In this document: one piece after another, positions 1 through 14,099 of the stretch
Layout of the letters: each line of letters opens with the position of its first letter
How positions within the stretch are numbered: the stretch's first letter is position 1
Assembly (NCBI RefSeq): GCF_006345805.1
Contig: NC_043002.1
Span: forward strand, 119,846,001 to 119,910,000
DNA length: 64,000 nucleotides
Source: Octopus sinensis
Lineage: Eukaryota
Direction: 5' to 3'
Notes under the pieces: model-generated
What the model saw: only the letters and a program-made list of their open reading frames with translations
Told to the model about the DNA's origin: nothing
Databases searched by the model: none
Position numbers and translations under genes: made by a program

Positions 1-1736
1 AAAATGTAAGTTTAACGTTGTTGAAGTTCTGAGCATACATTTTCAAAGTTATCAGATTCAAAGAACTTAAATCAAACAACTTCCTTAAGTTGTATAGAAA
101 ATGTAACAAATGATAGAAAATGCATAAAAGTAAGAAACAAGTTTTACAGTAAACGAGGTAGAATCTACGACTCATACAGTAATGTTATAGATAGTAAGTT
201 TACGACTAATCTTACATTTCGAACTATAGTTTAATCATATTGAATTTACTCTTATCAATGGTATTTTATACTAACGGAAACGGGATCAACTAAAAGCTAA
301 ATTTATAGTTGATATCTTAAAAGAAAAAAAAACCAGGCTATTCTTAATCAACGAAGTAACGGGTTACTGAACCTCCGTGATTCCCCTGGTGTAGAGGCAG
401 CAAAGGTCTTCAGAGGTCAAGTATTTAAATGGATATTTATCCGTTGTGTAACGGAGAAAAATGTAATGGATTCAGAAAAACAAAGAAATGGAGAGAAACA
501 AGGAAGAGAATGTGCTCTGTTGAAAGTTCTTTTAATGACTGCAAGGAACACAACTAGATGGAATATTCTGATATTTCTTGACCTTCTATTGGATTTTCCG
601 CTCTTATTTAAAACCATTTTAATGTAAGCGGTATATGTAAGTCGAAAAAGAAAATCTTGGAAACTTATTTTCTTTCCGAAACACGCCTATTGATTTTACT
701 AATGGCTTGATACCAAACTATTGATTAAAAATCCATCTTTTATTTTATACCTGTCATATAGGTCTTCATTACTCTCGTGTTATATTTGAAACTAAAATAG
801 TTGAAACATAGTTCAACGAAAAATACAAATAGCACAATAGTTCAGTAAAGATTATCTGGAACCACCAATTCTCAGAAATTTGGTGGTCGTCTCCGGAAAT
901 TTTTAATCATGTCAGTAATATTAATTGTGGTATCACATATACTATAATTAGCTTTTCATTATTCCTTTGCTGTGTTGAATAGTTAGATTTGAAAGGAATA
1001 AGGAAATGTTTATTTTACTATTAAATCTGAGCAGATGAAATGCAAGGTTGACCCCGTCGAAATTTAAACTCGGCTCGTGGAAATCCGGGACAAATACCGC
1101 AAGGTATTCCATGCAACGCTCTAGTGGGTTTGCCAGTTCGTTGCTTTAGTTAAAAAGTCAATGTGTAATTACTCTTCGATGATATTCATTAATAATATGA
1201 AAACTGATAAACTAATCTGATAAGCATATACTAATTCTGCAGAATGGTTTAATGAATCTAAAACATTTTCCCTTTACAACATCGATCAATATTGCTCTCT
1301 GGAATTTCAAAAATATTTCACTGTTGTCTTTTAACTCATCCATATCTTATATGGCCCAGAAACCCTTTCTGCTCATTAGCAACAGTCTACTAGATGTCAC
1401 TCACAAGCAGACAACTACGCAATAGACAATGTATTCTATTCTTTCAGTGACGCGCAGTATTTTACATTGATCAACACCCAACATACACCTGAACTTTAAA
1501 CAAATAGGAATACAATTCACCTCAATGAAACTTGACGGGGATTCCTCGATTTTCACATTGTTTACAACGAGCCCAAACTATCATAAGCCTATTGTATGAC
1601 CGTACTATGTTTTTTCTGCTGATACAAGATACCTGACGTTTTTCGAATTTTTTGGAACCTATGGGACCTCCCCTACATTCATATGATTCACTCACCCATC
1701 CTTTCTCATGCGCCTCTTCAGTATTGACGTTTTCAG

Positions 1737-1870
1737 ATCTCAAATTACTGCAGCCCCTTGATTATAAAGGATTTGGTGCTAATCACTTCGATGAAAAATT
1801 CAAACTGAAGATAATGCGGTGCACTGAACATCTCTTATCATGTTGCTCTTCTCCGTTTGCAGAATCGTTG
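1737..1870 (+). CDS. Candidate internal exon of an unidentified host gene (DLKLLQPLDYKGFGANHFDEKFKLKIMRCTEHLLSCCSSPFAESL)
   Basis: Acceptor ttgacgttttcag| and donor ttg|gtatgt; only one frame open; lies in the longest non-repeat ORF (1652-2080). No recognisable homology. Confidence 0.3.
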
Positions 1871-2127
1871 GTATGTCGGGCAATATGTCTTCCGAACCAT
1901 TTTTGTCTGATGTCGAAATCTGAAGAAGCCAATTCTCCTTTTATACTTGGATTGATAAAAAAGATACCAGTAATGTACAGTGTCAATAAAAGCGATTATA
2001 CCTTTCCGATAATTTTAAGGTCATTTGACTATGTTCAATATCTGCATTCCGCTTGTCACTCTTTTTCTGAGGCGAACTAAATCGAGTTGGATCATTGGAT
2101 TAATACAAAAAATACAAGATTATCATT

Positions 2128-2340
2128 TTCTACTCTAGGCACAAGGCCCGAAATTTTGGGGGAGGGGGCCAGTCGATTAGATCGACCCCAGTACGCAACT
2201 GGTACTTAAATTAGCGATCCCGAAAAGATGAAAGGCAAAGTCGACCTCGACGGAACTTGAACTCAGAACGTAAAGATAGACGAAATACCGCTAAACATTT
2301 CGCCCGGCGTGCTAACGTTTCTGCCAGCTCGCCTCCGCCT
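2128..2340 (-). mobile_element. tRNA-derived SINE family B (B1 tail)
   Basis: Reverse complement of the ggcggcgagctggcagaaacgttagcacgccgggcgaaatg head and gcctttcatc..gataaattaagtaccagtt body shared with 21179, 46152 and 63132. Confidence 0.85.
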
Positions 2341-2508
2341 TCGAATACAAGAATATCGCCGTCTGCACAATATAGCTTTGAAATTACACTCAAGACGACG
2401 CACTCAGGGATTGAAACATTTAATTAGAAAGCGGATTGTGAACTAATAAATTCAGATATCTTATTGTATGAACGTACTGCTATCATACATGCACGCACAT
2501 TCATACTT

Positions 2509-2606
<98 letters not shown>

Positions 2607-2660
2607 GCGCGCGCGCACACACGTGTGTGTGTGTGTGTGTGTATGTATAAACACGCACGC
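2509..2660. repeat. (CA)n-(CG)n-(TG)n inverted microsatellite
   Basis: About 100 bp of (CA)n, then cgcgcgcgcg, then (TG)n. Confidence 0.95.
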
Positions 2661-3264
2661 ATGTACACACACATACTGCTGCTTTAAGCCAGCATACTGC
2701 AAACCATTTCACGCGAAGATATATTTCTGAGTAGTCAAGAAATATTAAGGGAACGAAAAAAACGTCAATTATTCTCTCTCATTCAGACATTCACTTATTT
2801 GTTTTACAACGCATTTTAAGCCAGTTTAGTGCACGGAAAACTCACTGAAGTGTAGAGATACGTTTCTTAACACTACTATTTAAAAAAATTTCGGAAGCGT
2901 TGTAAAAGTTTTGCGATACGACGATTAAATAGGGAAATAATGAGCTCGATGTTATAATAAAAGATAGCTGGACGGTTTTATTATTCCGTATTCATAAACA
3001 AAATATATTCACTCCTGGATAAATAATGAACAACAGGTGAAATTAAAATCATGTCAATCATCCGCACTGGAATGCATTATGAGCATGACGTCAGCTCTTT
3101 ATCATTAGTTGTTTGACTGAGTAAACGTACCGGAGTATAAATCCAGCACGTAGGAGTTTCACTCGTACGTTCAAACTAATTTGTTTTCCTTATATTAATC
3201 TTAATTTTCTTATATTTCTCTATAATAGTCTTTGCATTCTCTATAAATTCATTTTTTTTTTTAC

Positions 3265-3376
3265 TTGACAAATAAAGGCGAATCAAAAGGTTAGAACCCC
3301 TTTCATCGAAAGATCTCTGATTCGATTTCAATTCAGTGATATTCTGGCCATTCATATCTATTGCATCGTTAATAAC
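3265..3376 (-). CDS. Candidate exon (VINDAIDMNGQNITELKSNQRSFDERGSNLLIRLYLS), unidentified
   Basis: Strong minus-strand acceptor tgtgtctttgcctttag| and donor caa|gtaaaa; one open frame. Its strand conflicts with the plus-strand candidates. Confidence 0.2.
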
Positions 3377-5668
3377 CTAAAGGCAAAGACACAAATGAGG
3401 CAACATGGCTGCTATAAATTGTCGTTTCTCTATTAAACTGATACTGAAATCTCATAGATGAGGAAAATAGCATTACTCTAGAACTGAATTTAGAATTTGG
3501 CTGAACAGAAGCTTTCCTCTTCTTGATTAACAACAGCAACAATTGAACCTAATTTCATAGTTATATTTATTACATTGCTGTGAAAGGAGAGCAGTGAGGT
3601 AGTAAAAATGCAAAATTGTACTAAACATACCTCCCTCAAAGGTATTAGCGACAGGGTTTTAAAATAATTAAGAATAAAATATCAGAATTACTTTACTACT
3701 GAACTGAATACACTCTCCAAAACATGTTTCCGGAGCTGAGAAATGAAGCATTCCAGCTTGTCACGAGAGGATTAAGGCGATCAGGTTGTAATTGAAATAT
3801 CCTTAAATAATAATCAAACCCTTTTCATAGTTTTCACTCAACGTAGTGCAACATTTGTTTTATATTTCTTTACAAGTCGTGATATATAGTAAACATATGT
3901 AGGTTATTGGTCTTGAATTTGCTTTATGGGAATAGAAAATGCCAGAAATTTGACGACTTAAACCACAGACTTTGCCCCACAACCAAAAGCACTTTAACAG
4001 AAACATTCCATTAACTGTGACCTCTCTTAATCACTTCACATCTGCTTGCCTACGGTGACTCTTTCTTAAAGAATAGATAAATATATGAGCAGCAATTTAA
4101 CACAGGGAATAAAGGAAATGCACAGTTTTATCGATCCTAAATTGGCCTCGCATTAATCTATATTATTTTATCCTGTCCAAACTGTTGTCACATCTTTCTA
4201 TCCAAAGTGAAGTTTGGCTCTTTTCAGCTGTTGGTACGTCTCAGGATGTATAAATGTCGAACTTAATTATCAATACTACTGACAAAGAAATAGAATTTAG
4301 AAAAACAAAATCAAACAAAACTAAACGACATGAGTAACATATTGCCTGATATGCGTTGTTTTTCTCTTGTCAATTTATTTTCTACTTTTCTGACGCTTTC
4401 TATCAATCAAACGAGCAGTGGCAAATGTTGGATCAATACAAAGAAGATTTGAAGGGATAATGTTTCTCATCAAGGTCCAATGTTTACTTTACTGTGAATA
4501 TTTGGATGTGATTTTAAACACTCAGGACTATAATCCCAACATTTGTGCAGGTATAAATTTGACATCAAGAAGTCAGTTTTTTTATTAGCAAGCAAGAAAT
4601 TTATTGCCAATAATTCAGAAAGGAGAAAACAAAATACTTCTTTCCCAAGTAGAAGCTATCCTGAGTATGATGGACAGCTTCTAGATGATGGAGAACAAAT
4701 AATTAAATCATGTAACTCTTGATGTTATAAATTTAATTTAGCTAAACATAAAAATGAAGGAAAATAGTTGTTTGAATTGGCCAATGTATATTACAGGTAT
4801 TAATTTTACTGATTCCGAAGGAAGCAAAATCAACGTCGTCTGGCAGGATTTGAATGCGAAACATTGAGAGATGGAACGAATAAATGTAAAGCATTTGGTT
4901 CACAGATCCATTCTTTCTACCAATATACTACAGTGTGCGCATGCCATAAGGAACTTTGTTTCGAAAAGTCGTCAGAACCAGCATCTCTAGGCGAAATAGA
5001 ATAGTTCATTGTCTCAAATTCATAACTATTTTATCGTAACAAAATTCAGGAGGTGAAAAACAATCTCATTCCCATCTGAATTTCTGCTACGTCACGATCC
5101 TCGTATTTACGTATAATGATAATATATGGGTCTTCTCTACTGAAATGGGATTCGAACTCATTAATATAGACAAAAATTTCATAAAATCTTACTCCAGTCC
5201 TCTATATACGTTCCAACACTTCTTGTTTTGAATTCCTATCAAGTTAAAGGTCAACGTTGCCTTTTATCCATGCAGGCTCGATAAGATAATGTACCTCTAC
5301 TGTGGACTGACTCAGTTGATACTTGTGGCCCTGCATCTGTTTTAGAAGAAAAAAAATTCTGTTAAATAATAGGTTGCTCGTATATCATTTTATCTTTAAA
5401 ACAAAACTTATATATAGTGTATTACAGCGTATGCCTTGAAATGTTCCCAATAGTTTTATGTTTCAATTGTATATTTGTTTGTACTTGAAACTGCATATCT
5501 TTCTATTATTACTATTTTTGCACTGTAAAAAATATTCGTCTATGTCAGTACATGGAAACGAGAGGAAATGTACATTTCAGGTGAAAGCCTTCATCAAAAT
5601 ACTTCTGTTCCTAACATATACATCTATCATCGATTATTTCGGATTTTAGCGCTGATATTTATTAATAA

Positions 5669-7666
5669 CTAGCAGGAATACCCGGCGTTACTCGGGTATT
5701 AAATACATGGCAATGGTCTTAATATGTTCGACCATTTTTTTCGTTATAGATCTCTTTGAATATTTGTTGCGTTAAGTTGCAAACACTGACTTTGAGGAAG
5801 AAGTGATTTTCCCATAGACTATAAAAAAAAGTAGTAACAACAGGGTAAAAAAGCCTTGGGGAAACCACAAGAGCATCGCAGGGGGTGCAACAACTGAATG
5901 TAAAGTGGCTCTGAAAAAGGCCGTGATATCGTTCTCACAATAGTCCTAAAAAGGATTATTAACCGTTCACAGGTATAAACGTCCTTTTACGTTCACAGGA
6001 AAAGCAATTGGTGCAGTGATGCCAAAACACAAGCCATCTACAAGGAGATTGAGAATCTGTAATGGCCGGAATAAAAAAAATTACTTAAGAAAAACAGATA
6101 ATTTTGAAAGAATGGCAACAATAGTACTCACACACCATAAACCGGTTCGGCAAGGAAGCTGCAGCATGTTGGACAGCGTACAGAACCTCACGTTTTTCGT
6201 TTTGGCTTTCGGGGCGAACACAAAAAGGATTTTGCATCCGACTCTTGAGCATCCGACGTGCGAGAAGCATGGTTGGTTTAAATGTAGGCCTGTTGCTGTT
6301 GGTGTTTGGCCTTGGAACTTGTTGATGGACATGATAAAGCAGAGTTGAAGAGGGAATTGAAGTCAACGGAAGGGACAGGGGCACAGACTATCTGATGGAG
6401 TAAGAGGTATCATGGGTACAAAGACGTCTCCGGTGCCGCAACCCATAAGAATTGTTGCTTCAATAACATGAGGCAGCACATTTTTTTAACACTAAATGCG
6501 TTCCGTTGCACAGAACTGGTGACTCCAGGTTCTTCAGCAGCATTATTGGAGCTCCAATTTTTAGGTGAAGCTGATGAGGCGATAGTCCGGAGGAGTCAAA
6601 GGAATTGAAGAATTCTCTGGGAAAATTAACAGCCTCTTCTTGGTCCACAACAGTGTCCACAGACTTGTAGGTGTAAAGGTTTCCAGGAAGGCTTCGCAGT
6701 AGGTCTTTATTGAGTTTCGCAACAAATGTATTTTTGGGAACTAATATGGCTCTTTCGCACAGCCAATTCAGGTTTTGGTAGTTTATGTGCTGATCGTCCA
6801 CAGTGTCCACAGGTGTGTCTACGTGTGAGACAGCCATCTCTTCAGCTGCAACAGGGAGAGGTTGCTTGGAAAAGTCACCCGAAAAGTTGTCACCGAAAAG
6901 CTGGGACCTCATGTTCTTTCAAAAATGAGGGATTAAAGGGCAAAAAACCGATTTGCTACTCATTTTTTCGCAATTTCTGGTCATACGTGGATGAATTCTG
7001 TGCAAATCGGTCTCCTAACGTTATCCTTAGAATGAGTACATAGTGTGTAAAGTTTGGACACAATCCACCGAAGCAGTGAGAAGTATTTGAAGATTTAAAG
7101 GGGAAAGAGTGTATAAAAATCGATTTCTTCACAGTTTTCGCGTTTTTTGTCGCACAGGGATGCCTTTGGACATATAACAGATACTTGATAGAACCGCCGT
7201 TACATGGTGTTGTTTTTAGCCGTAAAAACCAAGGAAATCCGACTTTCGAGTAAAAAGTTTTCTACCGTGTAACTTAGCAAAAATGCGAAAAATCGATATT
7301 TTCAAAGTTTTTCGCAATTTTCTTGGAAATCAGAGGCCTCAAGGAAGTACCAAAATATTTGTCTGAAGTGTCGCAACATGACGGTTCTTTTAACATCAAA
7401 ATTATAAAAATCGGACGTCCCTGTAAAAACTTTTCTTGCATGCAACTTTTGCTTTTTTATTGCAACAAGTGTAGGGTTACTTCAGTTTCATCAATTTTTC
7501 TCCTAGAAGGGTGTATATCTAGGCATCGCTAATGCGGCAGTGACCTTCCTGGGTAAATTTGCCATTTACTAAAAAGAAATTCATCAAAATCGGATGAAAT
7601 ATGTGGAAATGCATAAAAAGCACACACATACGCACGCACAGACATTTTGAATTTTATAGATATAGA
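5669..7666 (-). mobile_element. Internally deleted Helitron carrying the C-terminal Pif1-type helicase region
   Basis: 5' TC and 3' hairpin cccgagtaacgccggg plus CTAG, inserted between A and T. ORFs 6460-6912 (ERAILVPKN...LKIGAPIMLLKNL..LCNGT) and 6081-6332 (MSINKFQGQT...CFSH..CSRV) match Helitron helicase C-terminal motifs. Confidence 0.92.
6081..6912 (-). pseudogene. Helitron Rep/Hel helicase C-terminal fragment (frameshifted)
   Basis: Pif1-family motifs split across frames, with stops. Confidence 0.9.
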
Positions 7667-8272
7667 TATCATTGTTTTTCATATTGAACTTTGTTTAATT
7701 GTTTTGACTATCACTATACGAAAATAAAAAAAACAACTTTCGAACATAAGCTAAAAGTAGTTGCCGAATAACTCTCCAATCGCTCCCTGACAACCGAAAA
7801 GTACAGGTATAGGGATAAATTCTATAATCTGATCCTAAATGCACAGTCTAGAAAAAGAATGTCATTGGGATTGTCGCGGCTTCAATGCCTTTTTGTGATA
7901 GACGATATTCTTATAAATTCTATTGTTTAACACTAACCTGAGGTTAAACAAGAACAAAAATGTCGTTTTTATAGTTTCTATTATCACAGTTGTTGCTTTT
8001 ATTACTCTACTTAGTATTTTCTTTTCACCATTCTCTTAAAACCATTCTCGGTATTATTGATGGTGTTGAATAAAGTCCTTGTCATTTATTTGGTATATGT
8101 AATGAAGCAAATTAAAGTATTCGTTAAAAATTCAAAAGTAAAACAACAGCGGAACATGGTCAACTATCACACTGACCTATAAACTGGTAATTTATTAGAA
8201 AAATAACTTCAAACTATTTCCTTTAAAATGCAAACCACTCTCTGACAACCCTAATATAAGTTGTACGTGTAG

Positions 8273-8356
8273 GTGCATAATTGGATGGGATCTTTCTGGA
8301 AGAAATATCGGTGTTAATAAAAGTATCAGTCAGAGATTAAGCCAGTTATTGAACAG
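8273..8356 (+). CDS. Candidate symmetric exon (CIIGWDLSGRNIGVNKSISQRLSQLLNR), unidentified
   Basis: Branch-like ctaat about 20 nt upstream of gtag|, donor cag|gtaaaa, 84 nt, phase 2-2. Confidence 0.27.
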
Positions 8357-9364
8357 GTAAAAATATGCATGACAAACGTTCACACCGAACATCTCCTTTA
8401 TAATTTCTTGTAAGGCATTTAATTTGATAATAGATATCTTGTTAAGCCATACAAATGTTTACGCATATGATGAGCATTAGAACATAGAATCCAATCGTTT
8501 CCTGGAGGTGTAAAAAACCTAGTTCTCATTCGTGTGACATTTCATGGATTTTGCAATATAGACTATCCTACATAGGACACAGTAGGCATTATACTCTACG
8601 ATTAAGTGGATGTTTTAATGGATAGACTACAATAGAATCCAGAACTACGATGACAAAATAGCGACCCTTTAAGATAGAAATAAGAGGTCACCAATGACTA
8701 TGAATGTTTACTATTTAATGAAATAAACCAGTCTCTATCCTCTATAGAATATATTTCCTGGTTTGCAGCGAAACTGGCTATTGTTACTGTTTTTCTTCTT
8801 GTTCTTATTTATTTTCTAGAGAGAAAGAGAAAAATATGACATTAATTAGCAAGAAAATTTATCAGCTAATGATGTGAACTCATCTTTGCTCTCCTAGCTA
8901 GACCGATATCCTAATGCAAAGCTATCTCACAGAATTAATTAATTTGTCTATTATTTTGTATCGATCTGCGTTTCAATGCAATATTGTGTTCATTAACGAA
9001 GTACAGTTTATTCAGGCAGACTTCCTTAATTTTTCCCGAGTGCAGACAGATCATTTTTGTCTATTTCTCAGTGTACTACTTTAAAATACACACACACACT
9101 CGTTTTCCAATATTCTTATAAATTTATTTTCTCTTATAAAAAGAATTTCATTTATTATTTCCACCGCACTCTCTTTTTAATGTAAAAAAAACACAGGAAA
9201 AATAAAAACAATTAACTTCGAAAAAATAGAATTTCTAAAACAAAAGAAAAAATAAGGTTATAATAAACTTGCATTTTGTCCAAGTTTTCTAAATTTTTGC
9301 AGAATTTTATTCTCAATCGAAACTTAGATATTGATATTAGTTCTTTAGCAAACAAGGAATGTTA

Positions 9365-9607
9365 TTGGGTTGGTGCATAATTATTGCGGCTTTTTTTTCA
9401 ACAAATTTTAATTAAAAAAACATCATGTAACAAAAACATCTATAAATGATTATTCCGGAGTATATTCACCATTTACTTCAATTACTGCTTCCCATTTGCT
9501 TGGCAGACGGTCAGACCGTCATTTAAAGATGTTTTTGTTAAATATTGTTATTGTTTTTGTTGAATAAAATTTGTTGGAAAAGTCGCAATAATGATGCACG
9601 AACTTAA
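9365..9607. mobile_element. Mariner-derived MITE (MADE1-like)
   Basis: Imperfect ~40-bp TIRs (ttgggttggtgcataattattgcgg / gtcgcaataatgatgcacgaacttaa) with TA flanks; retains the transposase C-terminus on the minus strand (LPSKWEAVIEVNGEY). Confidence 0.8.
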
Positions 9608-10429
9608 TAGAATTGTAATAAAATCTAAAGCGCTTATATAATGCAAATATACACATGTATATGTAGCTTTATAGAAGCCATAACGGCAAACTGACATTGG
9701 GGTGTTGTTTCAATCTTACGCTAATCAATTTTACCATTAAAAAATCCTCTTCTGGATATCTCATTCTGTGCAATACCAATTGCTTCAAGAGAAAATAAGA
9801 ATGTTATAGAATGATCCATTGATAATTTTATAATTCTCTATGTAATCTATGTAATCTATGTAGAGTTTTCTACGGAAATATTAATTTGTTGGTTCATTTA
9901 AACCCCTCTCACACTTCAAATTTAGTTTTCCTTCCCAGAAAGCATACGAAAATCAATGTCTTCGTGAGAGAGTTTTCATTTTATACGCAAATCCTGTAGT
10001 ACGTTCTACCATAATGAACTCTGTGAGATAAACTCTTAATGGAAAGAGTAGAAACTATGTCTCACAAGGGCGTCGATTTAGCGACTACATTTCAGGAGGA
10101 TCGTAAGTTATAAAGTATCTAACTGTATCGAATTTAGATGAAAGCTAAATTAGTCGATGCACTCCTTATGTCACTCATATGTACGGACGAGAGTTTCATA
10201 TATCTATTTTAGATCAAGGTTAGAATATCATACCTAATTCATAAGATCTGTACCTTGTATATATTTCCAGTCATAATGGTGACGAGTTCCACCATTCCAA
10301 TGTGTTACGCTGGAACAATGGTAAAGATTGATTGAAATGAAAGCATTGGTAGACTTTTTACCCTACAAATAAAGATGATTTATCAACCAATGCGGAGTTA
10401 AACATTCATTTTTACTGTTCCATAGCAAT

Positions 10430-10434
10430 GTATG

Positions 10435-10470
<36 letters not shown>

Positions 10471-10556
10471 AGTGTGTGTGTGTGTGTTCGGAAGTAATGT
10501 ATATGTGTGTGTATACACACACACACACGTAAACACAAGCAAACATACATATGTAT

Positions 10557-10615
<59 letters not shown>

Positions 10616-10622
10616 TACATAC
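10430..10622. repeat. Compound (TA)n/(TG)n/(CA)n microsatellite
   Basis: Seen directly. Confidence 0.9.
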
Positions 10623-11573
10623 AAACATTATGAATATCTATTTGTGTGTATAGATATGTGTGTGTATGTTAGCATGTATGTATCTGTGTGCCTACGCACA
10701 TATATACGTATGTTTAGGTTTAGGTATGGAAACGTAAGCATGAAAAAAGAGTACTGAGTGTATTTACTAGAGTTTATTTATTTGCGCAGAATTGATAATT
10801 AGCTAATTAACTCATTAGCTACCTGGAGATAATCATCGGAATGTACAAATAATTATATTTATATATATATATAAATATGTATGTGTGTGTGTGTGTGTGT
10901 GTGTTTGTGTGTGTGTATTCTACAAGGACAAACGAAAAACAGATAGTGGATATTTCAGAGATATGTTTAAACCCGAATGTTTCCGTCCTAATCATAAATA
11001 AGTAATAATTAACTCGATCATTAACCACATGTTCAGATGACATAATGAAATATAGCCTTCTCGAATTTTTCCTCTCATTAAATGTACATGAATCATGCCC
11101 CAACGAACATTAGATAAAAGTATGAAGAAAGGATAAGAACATAATTAATTAAAAATAAATTAATTAATGGGCAACAAATCAAATATAAAAAAAAGGTTTA
11201 AGCAAGGTGTCAAACATAAGAGCAGATTATTGGGAAAATATATATTGAGATGAACCTGACGATAAAAGGAGAAACGATTAAGGTTAAGGAGATAAAATGG
11301 GTATAAAATAAATGTACTAAGAAGAGTGTAAAGTAAACATGGAATAAAATAAGATGATGTTATATACATATATATATATTAGAGAATTTCCTTTGTAGTT
11401 TGATCGTTGATGATCTATTTCTAGCATACGGCCGACTACCTAGCAGTTTTGCCCTGCCAATATACACATATATCAGAATTTTCTCTGACTTCTCAGATCT
11501 TTTGTATGCTAGACTACTGGTTTTAAATTGATATTAAAATAAAAATTTATTTTTTCTCCCTCATTATTTATAT

Positions 11574-11618
<45 letters not shown>

Positions 11619-11699
11619 GAATGAGAAGGTCAAAAGGATAAGGAAAAAGGAAAAGATGATACGGTTGCCTAAATACAAGGTGTATAGACAACAAATCTG

Positions 11700-12021
11700 A
11701 AGGCGAACGGCTTAGTGGGTAGGGGTATAAACTCCCGACCGTAAAATTGCGAGTTCGATTCCAGGCGGCACGTTCTGTCCTTGAGCAAGACACTTTATTT
11801 CATGTTGTTCCATTCCACTTTGCTGGCAAAAATGAATTGTACCTGTATTTCAAAGAGCCAGCTTTGTCTCACTGTGTCATGCTGAATCTCCCCGAGAACT
11901 AAGATAAGGGTACACGTGTCTGTGGAGTGCTCAGCCATTTGTACGTTAATTTCACGAGCAGGCTGTTCCGTTGATCGGATCTACCGAAACCTTCGTCGTG
12001 GTAAGCGACGAAATGCCAGTC
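11700..12021 (+). mobile_element. tRNA-derived SINE family A' (CORE-like body, family-A tail), degenerate
   Basis: tRNA-like head, gtccttgagcaagacacttt body, and the tail shared with family A. Confidence 0.8.
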
Positions 12022-12142
12022 ATTTTCAGTCATATAAATAACAAATGAATAAATATTTTTTTTTAAAAAGAATACACAAATAAGAAAATATACGTAAGTT
12101 GGCATGGCGAGTGACAATGACATACTTATCCGTGCCTCCGTT

Positions 12143-12250
12143 CATCCATCCATCCATCCATCCATCCATCCATCCATCCATCCATCCATCCATCATCCAT
12201 CCATCCATCCATCCATCCATCCATTCTGCCATCCATCCAGCCATCCATGC
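12143..12250. repeat. (ATCC)n microsatellite
   Basis: Seen directly. Confidence 0.95.
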
Positions 12251-12664
12251 ATACCTACATATATCCATACACCCATACAAGCATGGTGGTAGGAATTTCG
12301 AGCAATGCCATTGTTTGATTGTCTGCTTAATGTAGCACAGAAAAGGTTTTTCAGCCCTGCTAGGGACTGACTCTTTTGTACAGCTGCTGCTTGTACCAGG
12401 TGTTCAGAGATCTTATCATCCACGCTGGTAGCTGCATTCATTCCATCATGGATTGCTTCATTTTGTAGCTGGTTTTATTTTGGCTACGGCCAGCGATAGC
12501 ATACAACATATAATAGAGATGTTAAAATTGAAACAATTCAAGCGAGCCTTGTGTATTGCCAATCCAACATTCTAAACAACGTATACATTCGTTCCAAAAG
12601 AATTACTTTAAATCAGTCGATGCACAAAGTCACAGCTGTTACATCAGAGTTTTCGTTCTCCTAG

Positions 12665-12763
12665 ACGAATATTTATACAAAGACAAGGGCCCTCTCACTT
12701 CCAGTTATTGGATGGGCATTGTGTTCCTCCACACTATGTCAGGAATTTACTTACCGTTCTCCA
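12665..12763 (+). CDS. Candidate 99-nt symmetric exon (phase 2 reading: RIFIQRQGPSHFQLLDGHCVPPHYVRNLLTVL), unidentified
   Basis: Strong acceptor gttttcgttctcctag| and donor cca|gtgagt; all three frames are open. Confidence 0.3.
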
Positions 12764-13599
12764 GTGAGTAAACTAAACCTTGCCAAACAGAGGTTGTATG
12801 GATGTCGGTGGAAGAGGTTGTACTGGGTTATATGTTGCCATTACAATTGTACTACTCTACCTTGGATATAGTTGTTGCTTATTTTGATTATAATCACCCC
12901 ATTTGATTTATATGGATAATACCATACAAAAATTCTGGTGCCTTTAACTTAAGTACCATATTCATCTGAATCTAAATTTTGCTGAACTTATATATATATA
13001 TATATATATACGTATATACGTATATGCATATAATCATATAGAAAGAACTTGTTGAATCGCATACATGCATATATACCTATTCATACATACACACACATAC
13101 ACACACGTATGTACTCATATATATGCATATTTAAATACGTCATCCATACATAATAATCTGAAGACAAAATCCATAAAATGCAGTTGTTCATTAAGTTCCG
13201 CGAACACAATTTAATTTCGTATAGATTTATCTGTACATTTTTATATTTAATTATTTTGAAAAACTTGAATAAGCGTATTGAAATACATTGCGAAGTAATA
13301 TGATTACAAATATACTATTTAATAAGAAATCCGATGTCATAGGTGAAGTTTTGTTCTGGTCGAAGGTTACAAAAGCTGGATAATAGTAACAAGATCGATA
13401 ACAAGAAAGGGAAGGGGAACAGCAATTGTTATTCGGAAATTAATAAATTCTAAAGTTTTTGTTAATCAGAGATAGGATTAAGTTTAGACATTTATCCGGT
13501 GACTAATTACCTAGAGAGCATTTTTATAAGTGCAAATACACTTTCTAATGAATAATAATGTTTCAATATGCAGAACCGCTTGGTTCTGTGAGTTTGTAT

Positions 13600-14024
13600 C
13601 TCTTTACTCTTTTACTCTTTTACTCTTTTACTTGTTTCAGTCATTTGACTGCGGCCATGCTGGAGCGCCGCCTTTAGTCGAGCAAATCGACCCCGGGACT
13701 TATTCTTTGTAAGCCCAGTACTTATTCTATCGGTCTCTTTTGCCGAACCGCTAAGTGACGGGGACGTAAAGACACCAGCATCGATTGTCAAGCAATGCTC
13801 AGGGGACAAACAGAGACACACAAACATATACACACACACTTATATATATATACATATATACGACAGGCTTCTTTCAGTTTCCGTCTATCAAATCCACTCA
13901 CAAGGCTTTGGTCGGCCCGGGGCTATAGCAGAAGACACTTGCCCAACATCCCACGCAGTGGGACTGAACCCGGAACCATGTGGTTGGTTAGCAAGCTACT
14001 TACCACACAGCCACTCCTGCGCCT
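13600..14024 (-). mobile_element. tRNA-derived SINE family C, full length
   Basis: Head aggcgcaggagtggctgtgtggtaag, internal (TA/CA)n and (GAGTAAAA)n tail; matches 58971-59384. Confidence 0.9.
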
Positions 14025-14099
14025 ATGCTTGTTATTCGTTTTTAAATGGGGATGAATGCTTATTAGCCTTTGCAATTAATACTGCTTCTGTCACTAATA

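Noticed and set aside
313-627. 105-codon stop-free plus-strand stretch
   Set aside because: No convincing acceptor, no recognisable domain, and competing minus-strand readings.
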